Positions 15,012 to 28,843 are shown, counted from the stretch's first letter. The stretch: DNA of 64,000 bases from the human T2T-CHM13v2.0 reference genome, Homo sapiens (GCF_009914755.1 NC_060928.1), one strand, 5' to 3'. A program made the numbers and translations. Notes: a model not told the origin generated them from the letters alone.

Positions 15012-18000
15012 ATGATGAATAGAATAGTACCTCATAACTCAATACTAATGTTGAATGCAAATTTCTAAACGTTCCATTAAAAAGATACAGAATTGCAGAA
15101 TGGATAAGAATTCACCAACCAACTATCTGCTGCCTTCAAGAGACCCACCTAACACATAAGGACTCACATAAACTTAAGGTAAGGGGGTGGAAAAAGACAT
15201 TCCATGCAAATGGACATCAAAAGGAGCAGGAGTAGCTATTCCTACATCAGACAAAATGAACTTTAAAGTAACAGCAGCTAAAAAAGACAAAGAGGGACAT
15301 TATATAATGATAAAAGGCCTTATCCAACAGGAAAATATCACAATCCTAAATATATATGCACCTAACACTGAGTTCCCAGATTTATAAAACAAATATTACT
15401 AGACCTAAGGAAAGAGATAGATAAGAACACAATAATAGTGGGGGGCTTCAAAACTCCACTGACAGCACCAGACAGGTCATTAAGACAAAGTCAACAAAGA
15501 AACAATGGAATTAGACTATACCCTAGAACAAATGGACTTAACAGATATTTACAAAACATTCTACCAAACAACTTCAACATATGCATTCTATTCATCAGTG
15601 CATGGAATATTCTCCAAGATAGACCATATGATAGGCCACAAAACAAGTCTCAGTAAATTTAAGAAAATAGAAAATTATATCAAGTACTCTCTCAAATCAC
15701 AGTGGAATAAAATTGGAAATCAACTTCAAAAGGAATCCTCAAAACCATGCAAATACAACGAAATTAAATAACCTGCTCCTGATCGATCATTGGATAAATA
15801 ATGAAATTAAGATGGAAATTAAAAAGTTCTTTGAACTGAATGATAATAGTGACACACCTATCAAAACCTTTGGGATACAGCAAGAGTGGTGCCAATATTA
15901 AAGTTCATACATTAAACACCTTCATCAAAAAGTCTGAAAGAGCACAAATCTAAGGTCACACTCAAACAAACTAGAGAAACAAAAACAATCCAAACCCAAA
16001 CCCAGCAGAAAGAAAAGAAATAACAAAGATCAGAGCAGAAATAAATGAAATTGGAACTAAAAAATACAAAAGATAAATGAAACAAAAACAGGTTTTCTGA
16101 AAAGATAAACAAAATCGATAGACCATTAGCAAGATTAAGAAGAAAAAATATCCAAAGAAACTCAATTAGAAATGAAACAAAAAATATTACAACCAATACC
16201 ACAGAAATACAAAAGATTATTCAAGGTGACCGAAGTAGAAACTCTGAACAGACCAATTACAAGTGGTGAGATTGAAACAGTAATAAAAACAATTGCCAAA
16301 AGAAAAAAAAAAAAGGCCAGGACCAGACATATTCAGAGCTGAATTACGTCAGACATTCAAAGAAGAATTGGAACAAATCCTGTTGACACTATTCCACAAG
16401 ATAAAGAAAGAGGGATATTCTCTAAATCATTCAATGAAGTCAGTATCATGGTAATTCCAAAACCAGGAAAGGATATAACAAAAAAAGAAAACTATAGACC
16501 AATATCCTGGATGAACATAGATACAAAAATTCTTAACAAAATACTAGCTAATGGAATCCAACAGCATATCAGAAAGATAGTCTACCATGATCACATGGGT
16601 TTCATACCAGGGTTACAGGAATGGTTTAACATACAGATGTCAATAAATGTGATACACCACATAAACAGAATTAAAAACAAAAATCACATGATCATCTTAA
16701 TAGATGCAGAAAAAGCATTCGACAAAATCCAGCATCCTTTATGATTAAAACCTTCAGCAAAATCGGCATAGAAGAGACATACTTTAATGTAATAAAAGCC
16801 ATCTCTGACAAACACACAGTCAACATTATACTGAACAGGGAAAAGTTGAAAGCATTCCCCCGAGAACTGGAACAAGACAGAGATGCCCACTTTCACCACT
16901 TCTATTCAACATAGTACTGGAATTCCTAGCCAGAGCAATAAGACAAGAGAAAGAAATAAAGGGTGTCTAAATTGGTAAAGAGGAAGTCAAATTGTTGCTG
17001 TTTGCTGATAATATGATTGTATATCTAGAAAACCCTAGACTCATCCAAAAACTTCCTAGATCTGATAAATGAATTCAGTAAAGTTTCAGGATACCAGATC
17101 AATGTATGTAAATCAGTAGCACAGCTATACACCAACAGTGACCAAGCTGACAACCAAATCCAGAACTCACCCCCTTTACAATAGCTGCAACAAACAAACA
17201 AACAACGAAAAAAAAACCCTTAGAAATATACCTAACCAAGGAGGTGAAAGACCTCTACAAGGAAAACTACAAAACACCGTGGAAAGAAATCATAGATGAC
17301 ACACACAAATGGAAACCATTCCATGCTCATGGGTGGGTAGAATCAATACTGTAAAAATGGTCTTACTGCTGAAAGCAATCTATAAATGCAATGCAATTTC
17401 TGTCAAAATAACATCATAATTCCTCACAGAACTGGAAAAAACAATTCTAAATTTCATATGGAACCAAAAATAGCCTGCATAGCCAAAGCAAAACTAAGCA
17501 AAAATAACAAATCAGGTAGCATCACATTACCTGACTTCAGATTATACTACAAGGCTATAGTCACCAAAACAGCATGGTACTGCTATGAAAATCGGCACGT
17601 AGACCAATGGAACAGAATAGAGAACCCAGAAATAAAGCCAAATGCTTACAGCCAACTGATCTTTGACAAAGCAAACAAAAACATAAAGTGGGGAAAGGAC
17701 TCTATTCAACAAATGGTGCTGGGGTGATTGGCAAGCCACATGTAGAAGAATGAAACTGGATCCTCATCTCTCACCCTATACAAAAATCAACTCAAGATGG
17801 ATCAGAGACTTAAATCTAAGACCTGAAATGATAAATATTCTAGAAGATAGCATTGGAAAATCCCTTCTAGACATTGGCTTAGGCAAAGACTTCATGACCA
17901 AGAACACAAAAGCAAATGCAACAAAAACAAAGATAAATGGATGCGACTTAACTAAAAAACCTCTGCACAGCAAAAGAATTAATCAGCAGAGTAAACAGAC

Positions 18001-18742
18001 AACCCACAGAGTGGGAGAAAATCTTCACAAAGTATGTATCTGACAAAGGACTAATATCCAGAATCTACAAGGAACTCAAATAAATCAGCAAGAAAAAAAA
18101 CAAATAATCCCATTAAAGTGAGCTAAGGACATGAATAGACAATTCTCAAAAGAAGATATACAAATGGTCAACAAGCATATGACAAAAATGCTCAACATCA
18201 CTAATTATCAGGGAAATGCAAATCAAACCACAATGCAATACTACCTTACTCCTGCAAGAATGGCCATAATTAAAAAAAATAAAAAAAAATAGATCTTGGC
18301 TTGGATGTGGTGAAAAGGGAACACTTTTATACTGCTTGTGGGAATGCAACTAGTACAACCACTATGGAAAACAGTATGGAGATTCCTTAAAGAACTAAAA
18401 GTAGATCTATCATTTGATCCAGCAATCCCATTACTGAGTATCTACCCAGAGGAAAATAAGTCATTATATGAAAAAGATACTTGGACACACATGCTTATAA
18501 CAGCACAATTTGCAATTGCAAAAATATGGAACCAGCTGAAATGCCTATCAATCAATGAGTGGATAAAGATATCTATCTATCTAGCTACACACACATACCA
18601 TGGAATATTACTCAGCCATAAAAAGAAATGAAATAATGGCATTTGCAGCAACCTGCATGGAGTGGAGACCATTATTCTAAGTGAAGTAACTCAGGAATGG
18701 AAAACTAAACATCGTGTGTTCTCACTTACAAGTGGGAGCTAT
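15012..18742 (+). pseudogene. L1 ORF2p (EN/RT) remnant
   Basis: [53 protein letters not shown]; RT motif reads FADN at 17001-17012; many stops and frameshifts. Confidence 0.93.
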
Positions 18743-19269
18743 GCTATGAGGACACAAAGACATAAGAATGATACAATAGATTTTGGGGACTCATGGGGAA
18801 GGGTGGGAGGGGGTGAGGGATAAAAGACTACACATTGGGTACAGTGTACACTGCTCAGGTGATGGGTTCACAAAAATCTCAGAAATCACCACTAAAGAAC
18901 TTATCCATTTACCAAACACCACCTGTTCCCCTAAAACCTATTGAAACAAAAAACAGATTGAAAAAGAGAATATTTTGTCTGGATATTACCTTGTTTAATT
19001 ATGATATAAAGTAGTTAGCTTAAGGACAAGCCTAAAGAAATATGAAAAAATGAAAAGACACTCAGTCTTTGATAATGTTTTTAAAGCATTGAAATAAGCA
19101 AGCCTGGAGTCACTTAATCTGAACATTTCTTCTGTGAAAGAATAAATGCCATCATGATCCAGCTTGTTAAGCCAAAATTTTCTGTTTCTTGTGGCTGAAA
19201 TCTTTCTAACTGCCACAGCTTGTGGAAATACTTCATTAGTGAATCATTTACAGTTAAAGGATTTGTCAG

Positions 19270-19580
<311 letters not shown>

Positions 19581-19728
19581 TATATAACCATTTTTGTACA
19601 TGCACATTAATAAAGTTCCCTTCATTCCTACAATCTCTTTTATATACATGTATATGTATATTATACACTATCTCTGAGAGAATGAGCTAAGGGAGATATG
19701 TAGATAGATAGATAGGTATGCATATATA

Positions 19729-20300
19729 TGTTTTGTTTGGCCTGTGAACTATAAAAGGTTATTACATTTTTAAATGGTTAAATAAATAAAAGTAATTTTG
19801 TGACATGTAAAAATTATATGAAATTCAAATTTCAGTGACCATAAATAGTTTTACTGAGATGGAACCATGCCCAATTATTTACGTATTGTCTGTGGCCACT
19901 TTCCAGTTTCCAAGGCCCAGTTGAATAGGTGCAACAGAGACATATTGCCACAAAGGGTGAAATATTTACTATCTGGCCATTTACAAAAAAAGTTTGCTGA
20001 TCTTTGGCCTAAACCAATGCTTCTCAGTGTTTACTGTGCATGTGAATTACTTGGGGATCTTGTGAAAAGGCAGACTCTGATTCAGGAGCTGTGAGTGGGG
20101 CCTGAGTGTCTGCATTTCTACTGAGCTCCCAGATGATGCAGATGCTGCTGGTCTGAGGACTGCACTTTAAGTAGCATGGGTTTAGAGTAGGGTCAGCAAA
20201 CTTTTCCTTTGAAGAGCCAAGTAATGAGTATGTATTTTAGGATCTGTGGGCTATGTAGTCCTTTTTACTACTCAAATCTTCAAGGTGAAAGAGCTGCCAC
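19729..20300. mobile_element. MER58B (19729-20006) + MER5A1 (20015-20179) + truncated MER58A (20188-20300); copy 1
   Basis: Charlie-family termini (agtttgctgatctttg; caatgcttctc...agtagcatgg; tagggtcagcaaact). Confidence 0.88.
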
Positions 20301-20355
20301 TGCACTCCAGCCTGGGTGACAGAGCGACACCCTGTCACGAAAAAAAGAAAAAAAG
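20297..20355 (+). mobile_element. Alu 3'-end fragment
   Basis: gccactgcactccagcctgggtgacagagcgacaccctgtc followed by an A tail. Confidence 0.88.
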
Positions 20356-20604
20356 ATTTGTCAGACTAAGTAGGTAGGCCTTTACTTCAGGCTTGTATCC
20401 TAAGAATAAATTATCCTAGAAAGAATAGAGAAAACTGGATGATGACAGAAAGATAAAATAAACTCATTTTCATTTTTACTCAAGTAAAAAAAAAAAAAGA
20501 AAAAATATATGTACAGAAAGAGAGAGAGGGAGATGGCAGTAACCTAGACCAGGAGTCAGAACCTATTCTAGCAAATCCATTTAGAATAAAAATTTTAAAA
20601 ATAC

Positions 20605-20925
20605 ATATTGTGTACATATACACATATACACATACAATATAAGATTGTGTATATATATACATGCACACATTTTTTCATATCTATATATATACACACATAA
20701 TATATAGGAAACATATATATATGTTTCCCATAAGATTATATATAAGATTATATATAAGACACATATATACACACAATATATAAGAAACATATATAGGAAC
20801 ATATATATATGTTTTCTGTAAGATTATATATGATTCCTATAAGATTATATATATTTCCTATAAGATTATATATATAGGAACATGTATATATATTTCCTAT
20901 AAGATTGTGTATATATATTTTATAT
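20605..20925. repeat. AT-rich degenerate tandem repeat, units like ttcctataagattatatata
   Basis: Directly visible; includes perfect 22-bp palindrome ggaaacatatatatatgtttcc (20707-20728). Confidence 0.9.
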
Positions 20926-21331
20926 AAAGTGCACTTCTGAAAAATCTTGGGCACTTTCATGTTTCTCAAATTGGTTAACCCAAATTATTAATGCTGTGTT
21001 AATTCAATAAAGTGCTTTCATCTACCCATCGTTAGTGACAGGTCTTCATTTTGTGTCTCTAAAGTTAGCTTTGATAAAGTTTGAACATAAAGGTTTCTAT
21101 GAGCTACACATTTTTTCTAATACTGATCTATTAATAAGCTCTGTATATCAAAAGTTTTGCCTATCAATTAAAGAGACTTGAACCCTGCCAGCATATTTAG
21201 AAACAGTTAATATGGTTGGTTTGAATTTGGGGCCAAAAGAGTTCTTAATTGCGGTTAGATTCCCATTCCTTCAGAACCAGGTATGTGTATAAACAGATAG
21301 GTTTGCTGACCAACATACATGTATATGAGAT

Positions 21332-21948
21332 TGTAGGGAAGAAGGGAAATTTCCCCTTTGCTCTCTGAAGGTCCACTGAAAAGTCAGCTCACAAAAGGCA
21401 TATTAATTGGAGAAAAAGCATACAAATTTATTAACGTGTACACGAGGAGAATCACAGAGTGATTACACAATATCCCAATGGGGTACAGGTGCTTATATAC
21501 CCTACTTCTCAGGGGAAAGGAAGATGGGAACTGTGGATGATTTAGAGGGATAATAAATGGTTTTGAGGGGAAGTCAATGGGCTTGAAGAACATACAATGC
21601 TGGCACAAAGTCTGCTGGGCCCACAGCACAAACAAACGTATGTAACAAAAGCCTGTCCAGGTTTTTGACAGACTTCAGTCTTTTTTTTCTGTGGCATGAG
21701 TTTAGTTAATGAAAACTCAAGGAAGGAAACAGAGATAATTATTTTCTTCTTTGGCAGGTCCAAATTTTAAGCAGATAAGGAACTTCAGAGAACAACTTCA
21801 TCCTGTGCTTTGGGAGACACAGAGGATCGAGAGCCAGGAGGGGTGAGGGGAAATAGGTCAGAGAGACCTTGAGGTTTCCTCTTCAATTCATCATGTCAAA
21901 GCAAGTCAAAGCACCATATTGTAGGGTATCTGTTTCTGAGCCCCAAAA
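21332..21948 (-). mobile_element. ERV1 solo LTR, MER39-like
   Basis: Minus strand starts t(t)ttggggctcagaaacagataccc...atatggtgctttgac; 4-bp TSD agat (21328-31, 21949-52). Confidence 0.85.
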
Positions 21949-22185
21949 AGATATACATAATATGTACATTATATACATATGCATAATATATCTATCCTCC
22001 TAGTAGTCTCTCTGTACTGTATTTATTCTGCCAATGAAAAATATGTAGTACACCATCACATCATTTGACAGAACCTTTGTTACAAGTTAGAAATTATACA
22101 GGAGGAACAGCAACATATTCTAGGATAAATCAGATAAGTAATTAGTAACTGATCTAAAGTCACATGTACTAGAAAATATAAACTA

Positions 22186-22514
22186 GGCCAGGTGCAGTCT
22201 TTCATGCCTGTAATGCCAGCACTTTAGGTGGCCGAGGCAGGAAATCGCTTGAGCTGCAGGAGTTCGAAGCCAGCCTGGAGAACACAGCAAGACGTTGTAT
22301 CTACAAACAATAAAAACTTAAAAATTAGCCAGGTTTGGTAGCATGCACCTGTTGTCCTAGCTACTCAGAAGGCTGAGTCAGGAGTATTGCTTAGCCCAGG
22401 ACTTTAAGGCTGCCGTGAACTATGATCACGCCATGGCTCTTCAGCCTGGGTGACAGACAGAGGCCATGTCTCTTAAAAAAAAGAAAGAAAGAAAGAAAGA
22501 AAATAAAAGAGAAA
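22186..22514 (+). mobile_element. AluJ
   Basis: Perfect TSD agaaaatataaacta (22171-85, 22515-29). Confidence 0.95.
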
Positions 22515-22619
22515 AGAAAATATAAACTAGGTGTTTAGAGTCTTGGGGAGAGTGAAAAGGGAGGCAAAGTATTGGCTAAACAATGATGTGACAGTAAGTA
22601 ATGAGGCAGTATCCTAGAC

Positions 22620-23362
22620 TAGATCTCTGCAAACTATGGCTTATGGGCCAAATCCAGCCTGCTGCCTGTTTTTGTGTGGCAGGTCAGCTAAGAAATGATT
22701 GAAATCATTACATTTTTAAATGATTGAAAAAAATAAAAACTAATAACATTTTGTGATGTGAAAATTACATGAGATTCAAATTTGCGTGACCATAAATAGT
22801 TTTATTGAGATAGAACCATACCCATTTATTTATATATTGTCTGTGGCAACTTTCCAGCTTCCAAGGCCAAGTTGAATAGCTGCAACAGAGACATATTTTC
22901 AAAAAGGTTAAAATATTTACTATCTGTCCCTGTATAGGAAAAGTTTGCTGACTCCTGGCCTTGACAGCCTAGACTAATGCTTCTCGATGTTTACTTGCAT
23001 GTGAATTACATGGGGATCTTGTGAAAAGGCAGATTCTGATTCAGAAGCTGTGGGTGGGGCCTGAGTGTCTGCATTTCTACTGAGCTCCCAGCTGATGCAG
23101 ATACTGCTGGTCTGAGGACTGCACTTTCAGTAGCAAGGGCTTAGAGAGGGGTCAGCAAACTTTTCCTTTAAGGGGCCAAGTAAGAAGTACATATTTTAGG
23201 ATCTGTGGGCTATGTGGTCTTTTTTACTACTCAAATCTTCAGGGGAAAGGCAGCCATAGGCAACATATAAAAGAACAGGAGTGGCTGTTCCTATAAAAGT
23301 TTATTTGCAGAAGCAGGTGTTGGGCTGGATTTGTCCCATGGGCTGTAGTTCACCGGTTGCTA
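22620..23362. mobile_element. MER58B (22620-22957) + MER5A1 (22975-23138) + MER58A (23147-23362); copy 2
   Basis: Three complete MITEs separated by 8-bp NNCTAGAN-like words. Confidence 0.9.
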
Positions 23363-24615
23363 GGCTAGAGAATTAGTAAGTGATTTCTATTAAGAAATAA
23401 GCATTGTCCTTCCTTCAACGTGCTTCCTGGTTCCATTAACCCCCAATAATAATGGTGATGAGTTTCAGAGAACAGTAACTTATCCAAAACTGCCACAGAA
23501 AATCAGTGGTGAACCTGGCATAAAACATAGCCATGATTAGTGGATGACCGTCTGGAGAACATGTACACTGGGATTGTGACTATTCTAGTTTCCTTCATTG
23601 TGGGGCCTGGCACTTGCAGACCTAAACAATAAAAGGTGAGACATCTATTTAGGGCCAAAATTAAGTGTAGGTGTCAGGAAACTGGATGTTTGGCTCAGGG
23701 AGGGCAGAATTCTCTATTTAATAATAAAGTTTACGCCTTCACTGCATGTTCTTGAAGTTAAGGCTCAGACAAATCTCAGAAAGCAAATGTTTCATAGTCT
23801 TGAATTTCTCATGCTCTAAAAATGAAATTGCTCTACTTTATAATAATGTGTTATTTTAGGCACCAAGTAGTGTGGCATTCTGCCTTCCCAGTGTACTTTG
23901 GAATTTTTAATTATACAATGAATGTCCTTTTAACCACAATGACTAAAATTACATTTCTCTTTCCAAATTCTTCTAGAATTATTTCCCTCTGTCTAAGCTA
24001 CAGTTACTGAAATAGGGAATAGACCTTAATTCTGGCCTAGAATATAAGATTTGTTTTATCTTTCTTTATGCTGTCATTTCTGTGTAAATTAATGTGTCGA
24101 TAAGGCATGAATCAGCATAACTACATGTAATAGATTAATAGAACACTAAGAACATATATGTTATAAATAAAAATGCTTAGGAAAAATTTATCTACAGCCT
24201 CAGACACAATATCCTTAGATTACAGATAACATATAGATATGAATAATTGTGTCATTTTTATGAATCATGTGTTGAGAAACTTAACGTCACTGCTTTGATG
24301 ATAACAATAATTTCCATCTTACAAGCAATTAGTGTAGATTCCTGAGCAAGGAAGAATATAATGAGCGTTCTAATTCCTAAGAATCTATCATCTCAATTTT
24401 AGATGGAGCAGGAAGTTGAAATATGACATTAAATAAATATGAACTCACACAGAATCAACGACTCTTAGAGCCAGAATTTTTGATGGTCTAATTTAGCAAT
24501 TTCATGCAACGCTTCTATGTTTCCACGTAAGTCCATATTGAATAAGTTAAATTGTTAAAGCCATTTTCTTCTTCAACACAAATATATTGGCATTTTTTCC
24601 CTGAATGTAGGGATA

Positions 24616-25069
24616 TGTATTAGTTTCTCAGAGCTGTCATTAACAAACTGGCTGGCTTAAAATAACATAAAGTTATTGTCTTACAGTTCTGGAGGCTAGA
24701 AGTCTGAAATCAAGGTGTTCGCAGGGCTATGCTCCCTCTGGAAGCTCTAGGGAAGAATCCTTCCTTACATTTTCCTAGCTTCTGGTGACAGCTAGCAATC
24801 CTAGGTGTCCCTGTGTTTGTAGAAGCATCACTCTAATCTCTGCCTCCATCTTCATATGCATTTTCTCTGTGTCTCTGTTTTCACATAGCTCTCTTCTGAA
24901 AAGTACATCAGTCGTATTGAATTAGGGGCCTACCCTACTCCAGTATGACCTCATCTTAACTAATAACATCTTCAACAACCCTATTTCCAAGTAAGGTCAC
25001 ATTCTAAGGTACTGGGTATTAGGACTTCAGCATGTCTTTTTTTGGGTGGACACAATTCAACCTGTAACA
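24616..25069 (-). mobile_element. MLT1C-like MaLR solo LTR
   Basis: tgtattagtttc...ttacagttctggaggctagaagtctgaaatcaaggtg...cacaattcaacctgtaaca; TSD ggata/gaata. Confidence 0.9.
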
Positions 25070-25950
25070 GAATATAAGGATGCAAAGACGTTATTGTTTC
25101 CCATGCAGCCCTTAGAGTACAGAGGAGAAAGCGAATGTGTAGATTTTTGAAGATACAGTTTATAATAATTTAATAGATACAAAATGCTGTTAGAGTATTG
25201 TGGTGGTGGCAACTATTTTTTTCTAAGTGAAATGGTAAAGGAAAAATTTTAAAGGCAGTTGCCATTTGAACAAGGTTTTGAGAGACAAACAGGAATTCAT
25301 CCTAGAGAAAAAAATTGCCAGATGTGGGGACATATTAGGAAAACAGTTTTGGGTAAAGGCATGAAAATAAGAATGAATAAAGTGTTTATTTCCTGTGATT
25401 AACACTAGCAACCTATTGAGTATTAGTATGTGTCATTTAACATTCACAACAACTCTTTTGATCCCGATTTTGCAGATGGGAAAACTGAAATTTAGAGAAG
25501 CCAAGTACTTTGTCTCTAGCTTATGCATCTGAAGGTAGTCCTATTGGGTAACAAGACAGTCTGATTGCACAGCTTGTGTTATTAGCCACTGAGATAAACA
25601 TTACAGTTTAAAACATTTGGAAGTATATATGGGATGGCTACAGATAAAGCTGAAGAAGTAGACTGAAGATTAATTGTAAAGAAATTGGTTTATCAAATCA
25701 GGAGTTTGAACATTGAGGATTATAAGCAACTGAACAATGTCCAAAGCTTTAAGGAAAGGTGTCAAATGACCACACTCATGCAGAGTAAAGGGTGGATTGG
25801 GGGAGAGGGAGATTGGAGGCCCAGGAGCTAAAAAGGAGGCTACTGTCTCCAGCTATGTTAGAAATAATGAAGATAGGAAATTAGACCATGATAGTGAGAT
25901 GGAGAAAAATGATAGAATCAAAAGATATTTTTCCATTAATATCAATCAGA
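25070..25950 (-). mobile_element. L2 remnant with embedded MIR (~25385-25600)
   Basis: MIR core cccgattttgcagatgggaaaactgaaatttagagaag; purine-rich antisense L2 words. Confidence 0.6.
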
Positions 25951-25980
25951 CATGTTCATGCCCAAGTCAGTATATTTTCT

Positions 25981-26673
25981 TGTAATCACCTGACAGGTTC
26001 TTCCCGCCTGCTGCACAGATAGAACCAATTCACTGAGACAGTGCTATTGCAGTAGAGAAAGAGTTTAATAATTGCATGGCTAGCCAATCGGAAGGACATG
26101 GAGTTTGTTACTCAAATCAGCATCCCCCACAATTTGGAGGCTGGGGATTTTTTTAGGATAGTTTGGCAGAGAGGGCTAGGGAATGGGGAATGTTGATTGC
26201 TTGGGATGGGGATAAAATCATAGGAGGTCAAAGCTGTCTTTTTGCACTGAGTCAGTTCCTAGGTGGGGTCACAAGACCAGTTGAGCCAGTTTCTTGGCAT
26301 GGGTTACTAGTCTGGGTGGTACTAGCTGGTCCATCAGAATGCAGGGGCTGAAAAATACCTCAAAACACCAATCTTAGGTTTTACAATAGTGATATTATCT
26401 TACAGGGGCAATTGGGGTGGATACAAGTCTTGTGACCTCTGGCTACATGACTCCTTGTGGTTAGTTTTACAAAGGTGGCAGTGGAGGGTGTTTAGTTTCA
26501 GGAAGGGGCTGTGATCATCTTTGTTTTAAAGTTGAACTATAAATTAAATTCCTCCCATAGTTAGCTTGGTCTATTTCCAGGAATGAACAAGGGCAGCTTG
26601 GAGGTTAGAGGCAAAATGAAGTCAGTTAGGTCAGATTTCTTTCAGTGTCATAATTTTTGTAAAGGTGATTTCA
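25981..26673 (-). mobile_element. ERV1 solo LTR, LTR8 family
   Basis: Minus strand starts tgaaatcacctttacaaaaattatgac...ctctaacctccaagctgcccttgttcattcctgg; TG..CA ends; TSD ttct/ctct. Confidence 0.88.
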
Positions 26674-27739
26674 CTCTGTTGCATTGCCATTCCTCTCCTT
26701 TGACTCAAGTGCCAAAAGTAGAACTTGTCCCAACCCAAGTGATTACAATAACAATTTCAATCCACCACCCTAATCTTAGAAAGAGTCTGGTAAGTCCATG
26801 CTGGGGGTATTTAAATAATTATGTGTAGAAGACATTAAAATATGGTTTAAAGTGCTAAAGACTAAACTAACATACTTTAAAACAAACTATACAAAATTAG
26901 TAAAGAATATTTTGTCAAAACGCTTTGATACAATCTCATTTATCTTTACTAAGGTGTCAACACCTTTGGGTTAAATTCACCCCAGGGTTACTGTCATTAT
27001 AGCCAAAGGTCTACATCTCGGCTTATTCCATAAAGCCTGGTTATTTTTTTTAAACTCTTGATTATTTCTTAATAATAGTTTTAAGTTTCTTACCAAGTTA
27101 ATGCAACAACGTTTTGCACCCATTTGAAAGCAAGGCATCAACCAAAGTTTCCCAGTTGCTTTTGTATGGGACAGAGGAAGTCAGCTCTATGTCTCCTTGT
27201 GACTTTTGGCCCTCATCTAAATTAACTGGGACGTTTAACTGAAAATCTGCCCAAACAGTTATGAATATCCAGCAGGATATTTTTGGAATTTCATGAGAAA
27301 ATATCAATTACCAGAGGAAAATTTATTAACACAAGCTGTACTTCCCTTAAGTGAATTTCTTTTATCTTGAAGAATTACTTCATGCAGGTATCTGGTGTCA
27401 CCACAGACCATGCATTGTAACTTGCTTATCTTTAGGGATGTTTGGCCTGTCTGTGTGTACTTGGCAGCTTTCCCTACGCATTGGCCAGGGCCATGTCATA
27501 CAACTGCCATTAGTCAGGCAAAAGCAAACATAAACAATGTTTGTGAATCATTTTTCCACTTTTAGCCAGTTATTTAAAAGCACAACATCATAAACTTGGG
27601 AAAAATGAGAGATAAGCTGACATATTTAATGCATTCTATAGCACACTAAAAGATTCCACTAGATCGTAAAAAGAATCCTAAAAATTCTGTTTAATTAGTT
27701 ATACATTGCGTGATGGACATGGAGGTTACCTGAAAATGG

Positions 27740-28310
27740 TATAGGGGCCAAGGGAAAACTTTCCCTTCACCTTGTAAAAGTTTGTTGAAAAATAACTAAC
27801 AAAAAGCAGATTAATAAGAGAAAGGTCATAGAAATTTATTAGTGTGCACAGGGGAGAGTCACAGAGTAATTACTCCAACCCTTCAAGGGGGCATGGAAGC
27901 TCATATACCATCTTGAGGTTACTGAAAGAATGAGGGCTCAGAGCATGACCCCAAAAAAGGTTATGGTGCTAAATCAGGTTTTAGGAGGGCAGGAGAAGAA
28001 GACCTGGCTAGGAAAAGTGGTTTTGTTATGTAGAAGAACCTCACACGTAGCAGCCTTCAGGGAGTATAGATGGCAAATATTTCCTTTAGGCCTGTAAAAG
28101 TATCAGACTGTCAGTGAATCTTTCCTGGATCTGCACAAAGGAGGACCTTGGAGAAAGCCTGGTTGCATCAGTGCAGATTTTCTCTCCAAATGCAAATCTC
28201 CCTGACAGAAGACATCTTCATCGATTCGTGTATTTCTAGCTCTTCTTAACAGCCATCTTTAAATATTTCAAATAAATATATTTTGGGGTGAAATATTTTG
28301 ATTTCCTTCA
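27740..28310 (-). mobile_element. ERV1 solo LTR, MER34-like
   Basis: Minus strand starts tgaaggaaatcaaaatatttcaccccaaaatatat; perfect TSD atgg (27736-39, 28311-14). Confidence 0.82.
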
Positions 28311-28843
28311 ATGGCAAATATTTTTTCCTAATGTTTTCCCAGGTACCTGAACACAAAATAAAACAAATCCTAAATCATGTGGGAATAATGTTATGTCTTC
28401 TTGTGATTGACTTTCAGCTTGATATTTTGCATCATTGCTAGATAAAAGAATGCTTGGAATGTTAATATGGAATGTTGAGCACTAAATTAGAATTCAGTGT
28501 TGTAAGATTTGAAACAAACATAGCAATTAAGAGGTTTTAAATTCTTGTATTTCATCACTTCTGAGAGACCATTTCTTTATAGAGTGTTCTACAAAACAGC
28601 AGCCCAAATGACAGGGAGATGGAGAAGGAAAATGGAAAAATAGGAAAAATTATCCTTCTTCTTTTGGTTCAAAGGCATGTTTGAAAAAAATGTTAGGGGT
28701 AAATAGTGATAAAAAAATGCTGACAGTGTGAACTTACCAGTGTTGACTAAACAGTACAAACACATCAGTATCGTGATTTTAACTTACGGCTAAAATATGA
28801 AAAACAATAGGAGGAAAAAAACCCGACCTATTCTCAGTACCCA

